Shown here piece after piece: positions 49,401 to 64,000 of a stretch of 64,000 nt of DNA; position 1 is the first letter of the stretch, and the number at the start of each line of letters is the position of its first letter. Origin of the DNA: Azolla caroliniana (lineage: Eukaryota; Plantae; Polypodiophyta). The position numbers were made by a program, and so were the translations under genes. Location of the stretch: contig JBHGNT010000007.1 of the NCBI GenBank assembly GCA_043228905.1, forward strand, positions 6,634,001 to 6,698,000, given 5' to 3'. The notes below the pieces were generated by a model. That model saw only the letters and a program-made list of their open reading frames with translations. It was not told the DNA's origin and made no database searches.

Positions 49401-52400
49401 CAGTTAGATAGTCTTCCATATCTGTGCCGCTTCCAGGTTTGATTTTCTGGGTGAAATTGAGAATGTAATACATGTGTGGAGATGTACCGTTTGGTTAATA
49501 TACAAACCTGTCTTTTAAATTATGTTGTTGCAGTATGAGAAAACCAGTATGTATGTTATCAAACTTATGGAACCTATTTTGCAATCATATACGGTAAGAA
49601 TTAAGGCTTTGTTTGGTTCCATGTTCCCTTCATTATTTATAACACTGGAGAACACACTTTTATGCAGGAAGCAGCCAAACTCAGCCCAAACTTGGCAAAT
49701 GAGGACTTGTGTTTGATGGAAGGACGTTTAACTTGGCTTGTACATATAATTGGGGCCATAATTAAGGGAAGACAGAGTTCCAATAGCAGGTATGTACAGA
49801 TGTCCAAGCTTTGTCTTTTTTTCTAATAACCCTAGATAACTCTGTCAGTTTTGCTTCTGGAATTGTCTTACAGTGCAGAAACTCAAGAAGTTATTGATGG
49901 AGAGCTTGCAGCTCGTGTCTTCCAACTTATCCAAATAACAGATACAGGCTCACATGTCCATGTGAGTTTGATGTTTTTCATGGTGGTTATTACTCTTTGA
50001 TCAGAATTTCTTGTAACTGAGTTTCCATTATGTTATTAACAGCGTTATGCTCAGAGAAGCAAGCAGAGGTTGGACCTTGCTATCTTGTGTTTTTTTCAAA
50101 ATTTTCGTAAGGTTTATGTTGGTGATCAGGCAATGCACTCCTCTAAGGTATAATGAGTAAACCATATTAATATTTTTTGTAATATTTAGGTACTATTACA
50201 TGCCCAATTTTTCTTAGAAAATGAACTCAGTGTATGTTCTGGCATTGCAGCAACTTTATGCGCGATTATCTGAGCTTCTAGGGTTACAAGATCACTTACT
50301 GGTCTTAAATGTTATTGTGGGAAAGATTGCCACCAATCTAAAATGCTATAGTCAGGTAAATGTCCGATCTTTTTCATTCCTTGTACAAAGGAATTTCGAA
50401 TATGTGACTCATCTTGTGGACCTAATGTGTAGGTTAGTGATGTGATCGAACAAACTCTGAACTTGTTTCAAGAGCTTGCTTCCGGGTAAGGATTAGGAGA
50501 CTAAAGATTTTTTCAATGCAATGCAATGTCAGAATCATATGTATGCTAATGTGTTGAGCAGATATATGAGTGGGAAGTTGCTGCTCAAGTTGGATGCAGT
50601 GAATTATATTCTTGGACATCATACGGTAATATGCAAGATTCATTCATATTGGCTATGCCACAATGGGCATGGTGTCTTTATTTCAAATGAATTGGCTGCA
50701 TGTAGGAAAGGTTGATAGGTACATTTAACTGAGCTCATTTTGATAGATGCAATCCTTCAACTGTCATGAATATGGATATTTGAAAATTTTGTTAATTATA
50801 ATATTATTTATGTTTGATGAGATCTGCATGAGGTCACATATAGCCTACAGGATTTAACTGTCTTACATAAGAAGATCTGTTCGCACAGTTTAAAAGAGGA
50901 AGAGAAAATAAATGAGGTCTTACCACTATTAGTTTTGCGTATCAGACTGTATTGTCCTACTATTATAACCATAAAACCAACTAAATTATACAACACATAT
51001 TAAGCCTCTTTGATTTGAACTTTGAATGTAAGTTCATCCTGTTTGAACTTTGATCAGCCAAGGACAGTAATATTCCTTTGAGTATATTGTCTCGTTGTTG
51101 ATATTCTCAACCAGTTGTGAACTTTTTATATTTGTTTTCTTTTCACACCACTCCAGGAATTTATTGTCCTATTCTCCGCATCTCAGTATCCACCACTGTC
51201 ATCAGAAGCTCACTGAAGCAACCATTCAAATTAGTGTTCACATTCATTCATCCAGTCATTTTCCTTTTCGACAGATTTTTCATCTATTCCAGTTCTTCAA
51301 GAGCCAGGAAAGTTTTGCTTTCCATTAATCTATGTGAGATAGATGTGGAGCCTGGCCTCTCTTCACAAAACACACTAAATGACCTTAGCAAACTTGGCGT
51401 TTGCTTTATGGCGTTTCCCAGCTGAATCAGTCATAGAGGTTTTCTTGAGATCACATGGAAATGCAGAAATGGAACAATACAAATTTAGATGGAGCACCCC
51501 TCCCAGGGCCTTTTTTTGGGGATGGAGAAATGAACCTGGAAAAAGAAATGAATAGTGTATATATTTTAGGTATTTTAATGTAATGTATATGATAATATTT
51601 ACAACTTTGAAACATGAGGCACATACTGAGGTCTGCCTTCAATATTGTGGTCTGCATGACATATGTTAAGCATTACAAGTGGGTGAAAAACCAGAAAGAT
51701 GAAGTATATCACATTCATAATTCCTTTTGGTTATTCCAGTGAAATCAGTCCTCTCCACTCATACTTGTAACTTGTCATTGGAAATCAGTGAAATCAATAA
51801 CCATCATTGTACATCAGGGGACTTAGTATAGCCAATTCCATGTTGCAGAGGAGGGATGTAGCTAGAAGCATAATTGGGATGGGTGTCCAATGTTCTTGTG
51901 GACATATTCAGTGTTGCTGGGCCCTTGTAAAAGCAGCCTTGTATGACAGTCACCACTAGGTAGCAACCTATCCATGATAGCTCAAGCTCATTCCGAGTGG
52001 GTGACACTAGGTGGTATGAGGCACACAGTCTTGCATGTGCTATACATTGTCCTAAAATGCTGGCTCCACCATGGGAGAGTAATAGGACTGTGGGTATGCT
52101 GAGAAGTTCTTTTGGCGTCCATTTCCATTAGGGGTCTTGTAGCTAAGAGACTGGTCAAGGTTTGCATCGCTTTACAATCACATTCATAGGAATCAGAATT
52201 CTCTTCTTGATCACTGCACACAATGATTCAAGCAATGAATGGAATTTTTTGTGCTGTCATCAACATTGTTATCAAGAACTATAAGACTGCTCTAATTTTA
52301 TTACGCTTCATGATTATCAAAACCAAAGTGAGTCATGCTAATTTTATTTTGCTTAACCACTTGCATGATAATCGAAGTCAAAATCAATTAAACTGCTCTA

Positions 52401-55400
52401 AGACTGAATCAAAGTAGACTTAAATCAACTTTGTTGACTCATGAATGTAAAAGTGACTTATGTCTTATTATTATTACTACTACTGACCCTGCTGGCACAG
52501 TTAGATGTAATAATAATATTATATATGTAGCCTTTCCAGACATGATTAAATTGAATCAACAAAACTGCTTTAATATCAAATCAGTGTCTCACCTAAAATT
52601 CAGGATAATCAAAACCAAAATCACATGGATTGTTATGTTTTCTATATCTTATCACTGTGGTTGCTCAAAACTTAAATCAGATAAACGGTTTTACTCATGA
52701 CTTTTAGCGTGCATATATAAAGTCTCAGTGTTTATTTAATTTCGTTTGTCTACATCTGCTGGTATGGCAGAGGGAGTACTTTCCTTTTCTAGATGACTTC
52801 AGTCACTCACAAAACCGGACAACATTCTACTTCACTTTAGGGAGATTACTTTTCATGGAGGATAGTCCTGTAAAGTTCAAAGTTTCCATGGAATCAATTC
52901 AACAGGTACGTGTATGGATACATTTCCAATTGCTGATGTTGCTCATGTTTACGTTGACATAGGTTCAGTTCCTTTTTCTCCTGATCCAGTGTTTTTCTTG
53001 GTGCTGTGTTTATTTGACTTTATGATGCTTGCCTTCATTTTTGGATGCCTTATGATTGACGTTTTTGAAAGTATTTCATTTACTTCATGTGTTACATTGA
53101 TATGCATTAATCAAAAGGAAATTTATTTGAATGCTAATCCGCTAATTTTAGTAGGTTTTGGTAACATTGGAAGCAACACCTGATGCAAGATTTAGGTCAG
53201 ATGCAGTAAAGTTTACCTTGATTGGGCTGATGCGTGATCTAAGAGGCATTGCTATGGCTACAAATAGGTATGGTTCATTCACACTGCACTGTAATATTTG
53301 TACAAATAGTAATATTTTTTACCAATGTTTGTTTTTGGTCTTACCTGCAGCCGGAGAACTCACGGTCTGCTTTTTGATTGGTTGTACCCTGCTCATATGC
53401 CGTTGCTTCTACGAGCTATTGGGCACTGGACTGATACTCCAGAGGTGAGATAAAGAACACACATGATCCAAACATGAATATAATGCTTAAATGAAAGTAT
53501 AATTATATGTTTAATGGTGTTCTTCATCTGTTCATTGTCTATATGAAAACATAAAAAGACTTCAATCTCACAGTGAAACCTCAACAAATCTGGCTGTCAT
53601 AGAGGGATCGAGGAAGATTGGCATGGGAGAAAGAGTGCATTAAAATAAGGTTCATGAAATATTTAGTCCAGGTTCCAGTACCTCCCAACTCAAAGTTGTC
53701 ACAAGATGTCACAAGATGTCAGACCAACCAATCATGTCACAAGATGAATTAGGCTGAGTGACTTGGACTGGCCGATGGAAGTTGGATATTTTTAGGGGTT
53801 CATATGGATATAAATTTTGTTGACAAACTACTGGGCATATCCTGGAAATGTTATTGCATGCCATGGATAGAACTGGTTGCTGCTTGCTGAAGATGGAGCT
53901 TCTGTGCATGCGAATGAACACCCAGTCCATACTAGAGACATTTGAGACATTTGGAGCCACTGTGAATTATCTATTTGAGAGAGTACTCCAATTGTGCTGT
54001 GATTCAGCACTATGAGAATCCTTTAGAGCATGCCTACCAAATCCCAATATTGCCATTATATTCCCAGTCGTAGTGGCGGGTAGATACAACCAGAAAGATA
54101 TGCCTATTATGTTTGTATATACATCTCATATAGTAGCATTGCTCTGTGACCAAGGCCCAGTCATAGGGTATGCCTTGGCTGGCTATTGTCCATACCATCC
54201 CTTTAGACTCACTGGTAGTTAGTTCTATTAATACATTCGACAGTTCTGATCTTACATGGAAGTTAACGCATCATTTTTTTACTTCCTTTCTTGCCTCGTC
54301 TACTTGTTTTTTTATCATTGATAAGAAAGATCTTTTCGAATTCAAAAACTCATGAAGTGTCATGTGCAAAACAAGGAAATAAGTGTCATCAATCTAGAAT
54401 AAAAAGAACACAGTATGAACGTGGAAATTTAAATGTTACTACACAGCTTGTTGTAGAAGCTCTGGGGAATTTATAATCACAAAATTTAAATGTGATGTTT
54501 TTTGACATAAATCTATGTAAATATGTTCTAGGTTTTCAAAGTAGAAGTGTAAAAGGCAGGATTACTAATGCATCTTGCTACTTTTGAATGAAAGAAATGA
54601 TAGTTGATACCTTATAAATTTCCTGGACTTTTGCTTACAGGTTACCACTCCTTTGTTAAAGCTGATGGCAGAGTTTGTTTTTAATAAAAGCCAACGGCTG
54701 ACCTTTGATTCCTCGTCGCCCAATGGGATTTTGCTTTTTCGCGAAGTGAGCAAATTGATTGTGGCATATGGCACAAGGATAATGGCACTCCCGACTCCAA
54801 GTGATTCATACACCTTTAAGTACAAGGGAATCTGGATAATGCTGACCATCCTTACGAGAGGTGATTTTAGGAAAATATTGATGAATAGAAAACTAATTGT
54901 ATACTTTCTTTTGAAATGGCTTTAAATATTTAATGCTTTAAATCTGGTTAATTTGTTTATTTGACAAAGAAATCGAAGATTTCTAACTTTGAGCTCTATA
55001 CAACAGCACTGGCAGGAAATTATGTAAACTTTGGTGTATTTGAGCTCTATGGAGATCGAGCGCTTGCAGATGCATTGGATATTGGTCTTAAAATTTCATT
55101 GTGGATACCATTGGACGACATCATGGGTTTTCGCAAGGTTAGTTATCACCCTAAAGAACTAATGTTACTGTGAATTTCATATGGGTTTTTAATATGTGAA
55201 TTTTATATTCTTATTTGGTTTTATGAGTTTTATGTCTCAAACCAAATTCTACCATTTAAAAAAATCCCCCAGCTACATGACTTGGGAGAGTGCTTTGTAG
55301 CAATTGTTGGTTCCCCTCGAACATTTCTGAGAGTAGATTGTTATTACCTTCTCCTTTGGGAACTAAATGTTTGCAGTATGTTTTGTTCACAGAATAGAAA

Positions 55401-58400
55401 TATAGGGTTATAGTCTTTTAGTACCAGGGAGTCTTCTGTTATTTATTGACATTTGTGAATAATCATTTTCATTTTGTTTTAAATATTTTATATTTTAATC
55501 AAGCACCGCTTTTTTGAGGAAAAAGTAATAAATTCTTGTCATGGAACCATGAATGGTCCTGTAGAACTTCAGGAGCATGATAGAACCCCAATTCAACTAC
55601 CAATTCAACAGAAATTTTTCCCTGGAGAAATGTTGTATAAACAAAGAAGCAAAATCTCTTCAAGAAGCCCAATAGATATGTGATATGACTGAGTGTCAAG
55701 ACAAATGCATGATCCGAATGGGTTGCCAGTAGTGGGTAACACGCTTGCAGTAAAACAAGGATTCCCAGTATCAGGCAGTCTCTGTACTCTTATATGGATA
55801 CACATCTTTCTCATATGCTACATAGTGTGATAGGGGAGCACGAAATATTTTCTTGTAGAGGGACAGAAATGCTTCTGAAACTGTGGAATAACATATCTGC
55901 CACTTGTCCCATCGGGATGTGGAGTCAGAGAAATAAGGGGGACAAACCACTGCCCCTCTGATCAAGGCTTTGATTCACTTCGCAATGTAATGGCATCAAA
56001 GACCAGCAATGTTTTGAACTGTTCTTGCCAGAATCAAGAGACACTGAAACATGTTTTTGAAGGACAAGTGTACTGCAACTTTAATTCTAAATAAAAGACC
56101 TCTAATTACCGCTGTAAGAGCTCAGATAGATCAACTAAATTTGGCTTTTAAATCCACTTTTTATCCATTGGTGAATTGCTCTCAAACTTCACTGAGTAAT
56201 GTCTATTAAATTTCCCTTCAATTCCCTTCCTTTTATGTAATAAAACGTGTTTGGGAACAAGAATTTAATCCAATTCTTCAACTTCGGGTTTCTCATCTGG
56301 TATATCCTCTGGTATAATGCCTTCAAAAAAGCACATGGAAGAATGCATTATGCATTCTTTCCCCCACTTATAGATAGACATGTCTACTTAGGACATCACT
56401 TACTTTTTCAATTCTAAAATGGAAAGTTTGGAAGCAAATTTCCTTGCCTTCCATTTTCCTTGCCTTTGTCTTCTCAGAGAACAATTATAAATCGATGAGT
56501 GTAAACACGAGTTCATGATGGTGATGGTCATCTGATTTTTTTGCTTTGTTTGAGTCTTTTTAAGGGCAAACTTAACCTTATAAGTTTCTGCTGCATTTTA
56601 GACATACTCGGTTCAGTGCACTGGGTTTCCATTATTTTGGGGGACTTTTTTATGATATTTTTTGAAGAAAATCACCTTGTTGTACCACATCAGATTATTT
56701 GTGCAATCAGGAACAGTATTTTCCTATTAGACTGAAAGAGAACTTGGAACAGACGTAGAGTGTTTGTGTTCACTAAATTACATTGTTGTTTTTAGTGTAC
56801 TAGGATAGTTGATGATGTAATGATCTCAGCAAAATATAGTCATAACGTAATTAAACAATTCTAGAGAACTATGTTTACCACCTGGATTTGCAATAATATT
56901 ATAAATGCAATTGCTGCCTTTGGTAGATCTATTGGAGGCTATGTTGAGAAGGATTTCCGCTGGACAAAGCAATTATGTCACAAAGACTGGAATAGCTCAA
57001 TCTACCCAGCGGAAATGACCTCTTCATAGGCAAATTATAATAATATGTGCATTGATTGCTGTTTTGCACCCACTATCGTAGTAAGATGCTGAAGTTTGAG
57101 TCACATATAAATACCTACATCAAGAAATGCGTTTCAGGTTGAAGACACTGACAATGCGTGGCAGCACTGAGAAGCATGTTGATTTCCTGTGCTTATCCAT
57201 CATATTATGCCCTTCCAATACATCATGTCCTTAAACTGCTGACAATATTTCTTTTATAGTCAGTTAAGCAGCTTTTGCTTTCTTTACTAGCCAAGTCCTA
57301 GGCCAGTTACTCACTGAGTTTAAAATGAAGGATAAAATTGCAGTCTCTTTTTTCTGCATTGTCAGATTGAACTGTTATCCTGATCTTCATGCTTGTAGTA
57401 ACCTCACTTTGGAAATAGTATTCATGATTGAAATTCTATCTGAATTTTCTTCTACAAATGTGTATATTCGTGTGGTCTCTTCCAGGGTGTAGCCAGGAAC
57501 CTTCTGCAGATTTGAAGACATATTTTACAGATTATATTAAAGTTTAGAGTTTTTTATGACCATATTTATCTAGTTTAACACATGCACCTGTGTTTATTCG
57601 CAGCTTGGCAGAGCATATTTTGCTCTTTTAGAGGTCTTATGCCATAATCACACAAGTGTAATTATATTATTGGAGACTGCAACCTTTGCACGCATTGTTG
57701 GGTCATTGGAGGCAGGGTTGAAATGCCTTGATGTTAGCATTTCTACGCAGGTCAGTTTATGTCTGTCCTTGTTTCCGAACCACTTAAATCTGGGTTCCCT
57801 TTAATGTCTCCCTGCATCTTTGCAGTGTGCGTCTGCTGTTGATAATCTTGCAGCATTCTATTTCAACAACATTACATCAGGAGAAAATCCATCTTCCCCT
57901 GCTGCTGTGAATATGGCCCGACACATTGCGGAATGCCCAACACTTTTTCCTGAGGTCTTTGTAAAATTCTTTACAGTCAGGATATTCTTTGCAGTCACCA
58001 TTGCTCAGCATTATAATTTAGTTCTGTTTTGGATCCTGCAGATACTAAAAACACTCTTTGAAATTGTGCTATTTGAAGACTGTGCTAACCAATGGAGCTT
58101 GAGTAGACCGATGCTTAGTCTGATTTTGGTAAATGAACAGGTGAGTTATATGCCTAAATAAATGTCATCCTCCCCTGGCTGTTTTCTTCCTGGATCTTCA
58201 TTTATAGTGACTAGTTTCTGGAATTTGAGACGGATGACATATGTTTATCATTGGTGCACAGTAAGATTTTTGCATGATCACTAACTTCTTGCAATTGCAG
58301 CTATTTAATGACTTGAAAGCCCAGATCTTGTCCTCGCAGGTATGATATACGCCTTTTATCAAACTAAATATTTATGTCAGGCTCTGGCTCAGAGGACTTT

Positions 58401-58556
58401 TTTAAATTTTGATTCCAGCCTCTTGACCAACAACAGCGTCTATCCGGATGCTTTGATAAATTGATGAATGATGTTACAAGAACACTTGAACCCAAAAATC
58501 GCGACAAGTTTACTCAAAATTTAACAATATTTCGGCATGACTTCCGTTCAAAATAG
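43403..58556 (+). CDS. XPO7: Exportin-7 / RanBP16/17-like importin-beta family nuclear export receptor, 28 coding exons, ~1054 aa
   Basis: Recognisable peptides [81 protein letters not shown] exons: 43403-43643, 43909-44069, 46326-46391, 46505-46625, 46715-46824, 46909-47004, 47091-47214, 48636-48703, 48791-48877, 49110-49262, 49341-49436, 49534-49593, 49668-49789, 49874-49961, 50043-50147, 50251-50355, 50433-50485, 50562-50625, 52771-52905, 53155-53267, 53351-53444, 54641-54860, 55007-55137, 57604-57750, 57826-57954, 58042-58140, 58301-58339, 58419-58556 (sum 3165 nt, frame consistent). Confidence 0.93.
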
Positions 58557-61500
58557 GGTATATATTCACGCAGATATCCATCAGTTAATAGTCATATATG
58601 ATGTATTTTCTTCAAAGCTACTCCTGCTCAGAATCACGGGTTCAGAATTTAAGCTTTTAATTCATAACAATTTACACATCACAATTAACAAAACTCACTT
58701 CTCACCTTTAGGAATATTCTGCATTCTGCATCATTGGCAGTGAAACTGTTTCTGGGAAGGACTATTATTAAGATTTTCTGCTTTGCACATACCTGAAGCA
58801 TTGCAAGCACAATGAATATATTTGATGCAACTTGACTACATGTTATGACGTTTCTTCATGCCTTCTGAAACACTCACTTGTCTCTGATGTCCTTCAGGTG
58901 CAGCCAGTTGCAGTATGACCTCGGGGAGACTGTTGTAGGACACATTTTTGAGGTATGATTAGGCTATTGTCTAGTTGAGCAGAAGCTCATCTGCAAAGAG
59001 GGAAATCACCTAGCGTAAGGGTGCTGAAGTCAGTCTGCATCATGCCGTGGATACTAAAGTAATGATTTGGAAGCATGCACCAAGGGTGTTTGGAAACAAG
59101 TAGCACATATACATTACACATCCAATCAAATGGTAATCTTCCTTTTCAATTCAGTTTTTTGTGGAAGATGCATATGAAAGTCTCAGTCTGTGAACGAGCT
59201 TCTGAGTTATGAGATTTCCTGGAGTTATAACCTTTTGCTATCATCATTCTTCAACCAGAATTCCCCTCGTGGGAAATATAGCACAATTTAGCATCATTGA
59301 TAGTGTGTACAATAATTGTTCAAAGACTCGGGACTCGGCCTAACTTGAAAGGCATTTCCACTTTTAATAATCTGCATCTTTTGGAAGAATGTACGTGATC
59401 TGTCTTGTGTAGAACCATTTGAGCTTTTCAATCTGATATTGATCTGTACAAAGTTTTGATCCTAAGCATTCTGATCAGAAGAAAATGAGGTGTCTCCACA
59501 TTACTGAACCATAATGTTACCATAGTATCAGTTACATATTGGCAGGCTGTCTCCAAATCACTGTTTGTGTCCCTCCCCCCCTTTTCTTGTAGTCAGATAT
59601 TGAGATTCAGAATGACGTTTCCCTAAACCATCAAACAATGTGTGCCACCATCAATTGCCACATGCAACAACTTTGTACAACATCTCTATGTAAGTTACAT
59701 AATGGCACAATTTTATGAAATCTGTCACACTATTGATGCAAATCCACCTCTTTAGTGACAATTCTATAACATTTGAAGTCCACTAAACATTTAAGTTCAG
59801 ATTATATTGCCTGAACAAATAAGTCTCATAGAATTGATCATTGTAATCTTGATTTAATCACCAACCTAGAACAAATTGTTTAAATGAAACTAATAAAACA
59901 AATTTTATTAATGTTCTTTTGATTAAAAAAGGAAAAACTAAATTTGCCAAATTTGGACCATTGATTTCAGAAGACATAACAAATCTAAATTGATTCTGTC
60001 TAAAAAGCAAAAGGCAACCCCTAGTAATGGTGAAATTAATGGGAATAACCTAAATGGTGAGAATAGGGTTGTGGGTGAGTGATGATAACCTTGTCTCGCT
60101 ATGTGAAGTAGTTAAGTGCTACACTCTAGATGGTGACTATCATAATTGGAAGCATGGTTGGCTCATGCTTCTTCCTAAGGACTTAAGGAATTCACCCGAT
60201 TTTCACATATACCAAGACTACTAGCTAGGTTAGCAACTTGTGATTTGTTCTAAATTGATATGGGAAAGCTGTAGAGAATGGTTCTAAGTTCATGAAAGTC
60301 TTTCTTCGGAGTAGTAGTAAGAGATTAGTTCTAGTGTGCGCTTGATCCCATGCATTTTGTGTAAAGTTATCGAAGGGAAAAACAAGGTTTAAAAAGAGGC
60401 CATAGAAAAGAGAGTAATAAAAGATTATAAAAATAAAGAATACTATATATATATATATGTCAAGCATTGTCATTGATTTGGATCCCTACATAGTCTTGAA
60501 TATGTTAGCACGTGCCATCTACAATCCTTAAGGAAAGTTGGTTCCCCTCGCTTTATTTGGTACGATTATTTCTCTTCTGTGGATTTCCACAGCACCTCGA
60601 TGGTTACCAAGTCATTTGAGAAACCTCTGTGATGATTGGATTTACAACATCAATAACATGATTGGGTCTAGGTCGACAATGTAACAAATAAATATCTTTA
60701 GGAATTAATTTTTCCAAGCTATAACTATGTATTTTGGTTCAAGCATTTGTTCATATAACTTGACATGGGATGGAGACATTTTCATCTATAGTTGCGTGAT
60801 TGAAAAATAAGGCATGAATTAAGTGAATTGTAAACAATGGAAGAATGAGAAAAGTAAATATCCCAATGCGTGCTGACGATCATCCTTGACAGGCTTAACC
60901 TTGAGAGTGACACCAATGTTAGAAATATTGAGAATCGATTAGATAGGTATATAGAGTTACAACCATAGAGATGGATATATGAAAACAAAACTTCTATTAC
61001 ATACGAGAGTAGCTCACAATGGTAGTTCACCCATGCTCTCACACCTTAGAGCTTAGATGGGATCTAGACCAGATCGGTACAAAATTAGTGGGGACAAATG
61101 ATCAATCCAACCATTGTGTAAGAAAGTGGATTATATTCTATGTTTGGTCTGAGTATAACATTAAATGTGCAAGTCAGTTGATAGTAGTGGAGATATTCCT
61201 TTATATGACCCAACTACCTAGATACACGCTAGTGCTAGATAGTACTTATCTTGAAGTCAATGGCACATACTTCAAGACTAAGTATATCGTAACTTGCCCA
61301 CAAAATATTCTAGTTGACTTGATTAGCTAATCCTATTATCCTATTTCACTCTTTCCTAAACACATTGTGTCCTACGCATCTATAGTTTAGGGTCGACCCA
61401 TATGGTCGAGTTGCACACTAGCTGCTCCTCATTTGGGGCGCTATCACAAAATGTACACTCTAAGAGCACATATGGGGATAGATTTACAACTTGGGGCTGA

Positions 61501-61589
61501 TAATTGATTATATCTAACAACCAAGGCCCAACCCATGCTAATCACCAAGGACCTAGCACCCTTAAACCTCGACAACAAGTCCTAGGACA

Positions 61590-64000
61590 ATTGAATCTAC
61601 AACTACTGCAATAAACCCAGCCATATCAAACCTGATTGTCATGCATTCAAAGCCAAGAATGATAAGGCTTAGTGAGTTGATCAAAAGAGTGGCCGGCATG
61701 AGGAGGTCAATTACATCAACTCTTTAGCTGAAGTATTGTCAAACGACCCGAACATACTATGCATCGAACACCTAGTTGAACCAGAAGTTTTGCTTACAAC
61801 TGAGGAATCGAACACATGGCTCTTGGATTTGGGTGCGTCTTACCATGTGACCCCTCACAAATCCCAGTTTCAGCAATATTCGATATGACACTCTGACTTG
61901 GTACAAGTCGGTAATTTGCAATATTGCGCCATAATTGGAATTGGCACAGTAGAGCCCAACCTTCTAGGTGGTTCTACATTAGTACTACACAATCTCCGAC
62001 ATGTACTTGAGCTCTCAAGACCTTTGATCTCAATCAGACAATTGGACAAAGACGACATTTGTGTCGGCTTCTTATCAGGAGGGTGGACACTCCACAGGGG
62101 GAACCTCCTGCTTGCTCGAGGACTAGAAGTACATTCATTGTACCCATTATATGTCACACTCAGAGAGGGTGACTTGTTCCTGGTTGATATTCTTGTGTCA
62201 TCATTATGGCATGGATGCCTCGGACACCTCAGCAAGGCCGGCATTACGCATCTATCCAAAGTTGGATATATCCCCAAACTCTCCTTCTTTGATCATCAAT
62301 TCTGTGAGCATTGCAAATGTCGTAAACAGATAGCCGCATCACACCTGACATCAGCACCGAGAGAATCGATTCCACTCGATTTGGTCCTCTCGGACATCTA
62401 TGGTCCTATGCCACATCAGCCTCTCGGCGGTGCCTTATACTTCGTCAGTTTCATCGATGAGTCGACTCGGAAGGTGTGGGCTTATTCGATCAAAACCAAA
62501 GATCAAGTGTTCTCAATCGTTTTTGAATGGCTCGCTATGGTAGAGAACCAAGCTGGTCAAAAGTTGAAATGCCTTCGGACTGACAATGGAGGAGAGTTCA
62601 AGTCTAAAGAAATCATCAGATTTTGCTGACAACGCGGCATCAGACGTGAATACACGACACCACATAGTCCGGAGCAAAACGAAATTGTCGAACGGATGAA
62701 TCAGAAAATTCAAGAACGCATAGTGACCATGCTCCAACACTCTGGATTGTCGAATGCTTCTGGGCAGATGCCCTACTTACGGCAGTACACATAATCAATA
62801 TGTCATCGAGTAGGCCTTTAGGACTTCGAATACCTCAGGAATGATGGACCGGTAGTAAGCCGCATTATGACAAGCTAAGGATTTTCGAATGCAAGGCATA
62901 CACCCTCATACCGAAAGACGACCACCGCAAACTTGCACCAAGGACCAGGAAATGCATTTTTATCAATTATGGACCAGACGACAAGTTTGGATACCGACTC
63001 CGGGACCCCCGAGCACAAATAGATCGTCCGAAGTTCGGACGTAGTGTTCAATGATTCGGCTATGCATAAGACGGTCGAACTATTGAAGTCTGAAGGGTAG
63101 TTTTCTCAGACATGCCAACCCTTCAGGAAGGCCCAACCCATGACACAAGGTCGGCTTCACGGGTAGCCGAATCCTCGAGCACCGACTCGGCGTAGCCGGA
63201 TGATTCTACTTTGGACCATCCGACTCTAACACTCAATGCGATCAGTTCAGTCATACCTTGAAGATCCAAGAGACTGTCGCAGGCCCCAGAGAGGTACTCT
63301 CCTGGAATCTTCGTTACAAACGTCGACGAACCAACGTCATACGAAGAAGCATCGACATCAGCCGATTCGGTCCCATGGCATTTGGCGATGGAGTCAGAAA
63401 TGAACTCCATTCAGGCAAACAAGACTTGGGACTTGGTTGAATTACCGAAGAATCGATGTGCTCTTCCATGCAAATGGGTCTATCAAATCAACGAGACGTC
63501 TAATTCAGTCGCCCCAAAGTACAAGGCCAGGTTAGTCGCAAAGGGTTTCTGACAACAATATGGTGTCGACTTCGACGAAATGTTTTCACTAGTGGTGAAA
63601 ATGACCACTCTTCGATTTCTACTCGGTGTCATGGACGCCAAGGATTTGGAGCTTATACAGTTATATGTAAAGACGACCTTCCTCCATGGCGACTTAGAGG
63701 AGGAAATTTACATGTAAAGAAGGCCTTCCTCCATGGCCAAGAGCATCTAGTCTGTCAACTCAGGAAGAGTCTTTACGGCCTTAAATAGGCACTGTGGCAG
63801 TGGTATAAGAAGTTTGATGACTTTATCCAGTCGATCGACTTCTCTAAGAGCAACGAGGACCATTGTCTCTTCACTAAAACAACTCAAGATGGATCTCCCA
63901 TCTTCCTCATCTTATACGTGGATGACATGCTACTCTCGGGCAGACATGTTGGAGGGCTTGCCGATCTTGTTCGGAAACTGCAGTTGAAGTTTGCAATGAA
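61590..64000 (+). mobile_element. Copia-6: heavily decayed Ty1/Copia internal region (CCHC, protease, integrase, RT), running off the window
   Basis: YCNKPSHIKPDC, WLLDLGASYH, WHGCLGH, LRTDNGGEF, PCKWVY, TFLHGDLEEEIYM and LYVDDML, with many stops. No LTR or PBS identified. Confidence 0.88.

Noticed and set aside
51000-57400. Small ORFs (60-100 aa) in the long XPO7 introns
   Set aside because: No recognisable motifs or consistent splice frames. Possibly very old TE debris that I cannot identify.
59900-61590. Possible LTR or gag of Copia-6
   Set aside because: No PBS, TG..CA pair or gag motif could be identified with confidence.

Overview
Eukaryotic nuclear DNA, most likely from a non-seed land plant (inferred from the TE families and the gene structure). 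Positions 1-42.9 kb are a nest of retroelements. A degenerate Ty3/Gypsy element (A, +) carries three insertions: an intact-ORF Copia (Copia-1), a decayed Copia (Copia-2) and a chromodomain Gypsy (chromovirus B). It is followed by a stack of minus-strand Copia elements (D > C > Copia-4 > Copia-3), a LINE 3' fragment, and a second chromovirus remnant (E) whose LTR is split by a young RT-less Copia (Copia-5). Most boundaries are fixed by TG..CA LTR ends, 5-bp TSDs, Met-tRNA PBSs and PPTs. Positions 43403-58556 hold a 28-exon exportin-7 (RanBP16/17-like) gene of about 1054 aa, and a decayed Copia runs from about 61.6 kb off the right edge. Best leads: (1) both chromovirus LTRs carry an antisense tRNA-like A-box/B-box module at the U3 end; (2) chromovirus B has no tRNA PBS but a 12-nt Tf1-type self-priming signal, which recurs in E at the same 33-nt spacing from TATA; (3) Gypsy A has a -1 frameshift signal after the protease instead of before it; (4) Copia-1 has a 35-bp target duplication and one clipped LTR end; (5) three related Copias each carry a duplicated PPT. 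All coordinates and counts were read by eye and no database searches were run.
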